Part shown: positions 62,736-64,000 of the stretch, piece by piece
Position numbering within the stretch: position 1 is the stretch's first letter
Layout: each line of letters starts with the position of its first letter
From: Felis catus
Taxonomy: Eukaryota
NCBI RefSeq assembly: GCF_018350175.1
Contig: NC_058377.1
Coordinates: forward strand, 61,070,001-61,134,000
Direction of reading: 5' to 3'
DNA: 64,000 nt
Program-made: the position numbers and the translations under genes
The notes under the pieces: generated by a model
What the model was told of the DNA's origin: nothing
What the model saw: the letters and a program-made list of their open reading frames with translations, nothing else
The model's database searches: none

Positions 62736-64000
62736 ATGTGTACTATATTTATGGGGACCTATTTCTGGCTCTGTTCTGTTCCATTGACCTATGTATTTAT
62801 TCTTTTACCAATACCATACTGTCTTAATTATTGTAGATTTATAGTAAGTCTTCAGGTCAGGAAGTGTAACTTCTCCAACTTTGTTCTTTTCCTTCAATAT
62901 TGCATTGGCTACTCTGGGGCTCTTGTTCCACTTCATATAAACTATAAAATCAGTTTTCCAGTATACACAAGTAACTTCCTGGGATATTGATTGGGATTAT
63001 AAGAAATCTATACATCAAGTTGGGAAGATCTAACATCTTGACAGTACGTCATCTGGTTCTGGACTTCTGTTTATTGTTTTCTTTTGTTTCTTTTGTTTTG
63101 TTTTGTTTTTGTTTGTTTGTATGTGTTTTCTTTTACTGATTCAATCTCCTTGCTGCTAATAAGTCTGTTCATATTTTTTTATTTCTTGCTGCTTTAGTTT
63201 TGGTAGGATATATGTTTCTAGGAATTTATCCATTTATTCTTAGTTGTCTACTTTATTGGCATATAGTTGTCATAATATTCTCTTACAATCATTTGTATTT
63301 CTGTGGTGTTGGTGTTATTTTGTCTCTTTAACTTGTGAGTTTGTTTATTTGATTTATTTCTTATCTTTATAAGTCTGGCTAGAGATTTATCAATTTTATT
63401 GATCTTTTCAAAGAAACAACTATTGGTTTCGTTGAACAACAGTTCAATAATAATAATGAAACTATTATTTTCTTAGTTCCTATGTCAATTTTTTCTGGTA
63501 TAATCTTTATTATTTTCTTCATTTTGCTAGGTTTGTGTTATTTTGTTCTTCTTTTTCTAGCTCCTTTAGGTGTAAGGTTAGGCTGTTTATTTGAGATTTT
63601 TCCTGCTTCTTGATGTATGCCTGTATTGCTCTAAACTACCCTGTTAGAAATTTTTTGCTGTATCCCAAAGATTTTGGACCATTGTATTTTAATTTTTGTT
63701 TGTTCCTATGCACTTTTCTTATTTCCTCTTTGATTTCTTCATTCACTCATTCATTGTTTAGTAGCATATTGTTTAACTTTCATGTGTTTTTGGCCTTTCC
63801 AGATTTTTCCTGGAGGTTATTTGCAGTTTCATTAACATTGTGGTCAGAAAAGATGAATGGTATTACTTTAATATTCTTGAATTTGTTGAGGCCTGTGTTG
63901 TGAGCTACTATGTGATCTATTCTGGAGAATTTTCCATGTTCACTTGAAAAGAATGTGTATTCTGCTGTTTTAGGATGGAATATTTTGAACATATCTGTTA
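62736..64000 (-). mobile_element. L1 ORF2 fragments (antisense), including the endonuclease region
   Basis: FHPKTAEYTFFSS.HG.FSRIDH..SDHN (L1 endonuclease) at 63780-63992; FFEKINKIDK.LARL at 63248-63439. Confidence 0.85.

Overview
AT-rich mammalian genomic DNA from a draft assembly with six N gaps. It is almost certainly felid, based on Felidae-type Can-SINEs (SINEC_Fc) and cat-type L1 3' ends. The window covers part of the class I olfactory receptor (OR52) cluster: five intact single-coding-exon OR genes (OR52E2-like -, OR52E1-like +, OR52S-like -, OR52E3-like +, OR52J-like +) and one multiply disabled OR52E-like pseudogene (+). These sit among Can-SINEs, L1s, MIR/L2, MaLR LTRs and Tigger/MER DNA transposon fossils. 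Candidate O/E(Ebf)-TATA promoters with short non-coding first exons can be read 2-5 kb upstream of each CDS. The main unexplained structure is that the OR52E2-like and OR52E3-like genes form an old inverted duplication, with introns only weakly alignable and the first 90 coding nt about 77% identical. Yet they share a 171-bp 100%-identical tract over the putative TSS/exon 1/splice donor (10187-10357 vs 35434-35604) and a 303-bp tract with 2 mismatches at the 3' end of the CDS (5296-5598 vs 38950-39252). The adjacent TM5 specificity patch stays divergent. This points to modular concerted evolution (gene conversion) between inverted OR paralogs, and possibly a ~25-33 kb invertible segment. Ortholog and repeat names come from recall of family sequences, not from database searches.
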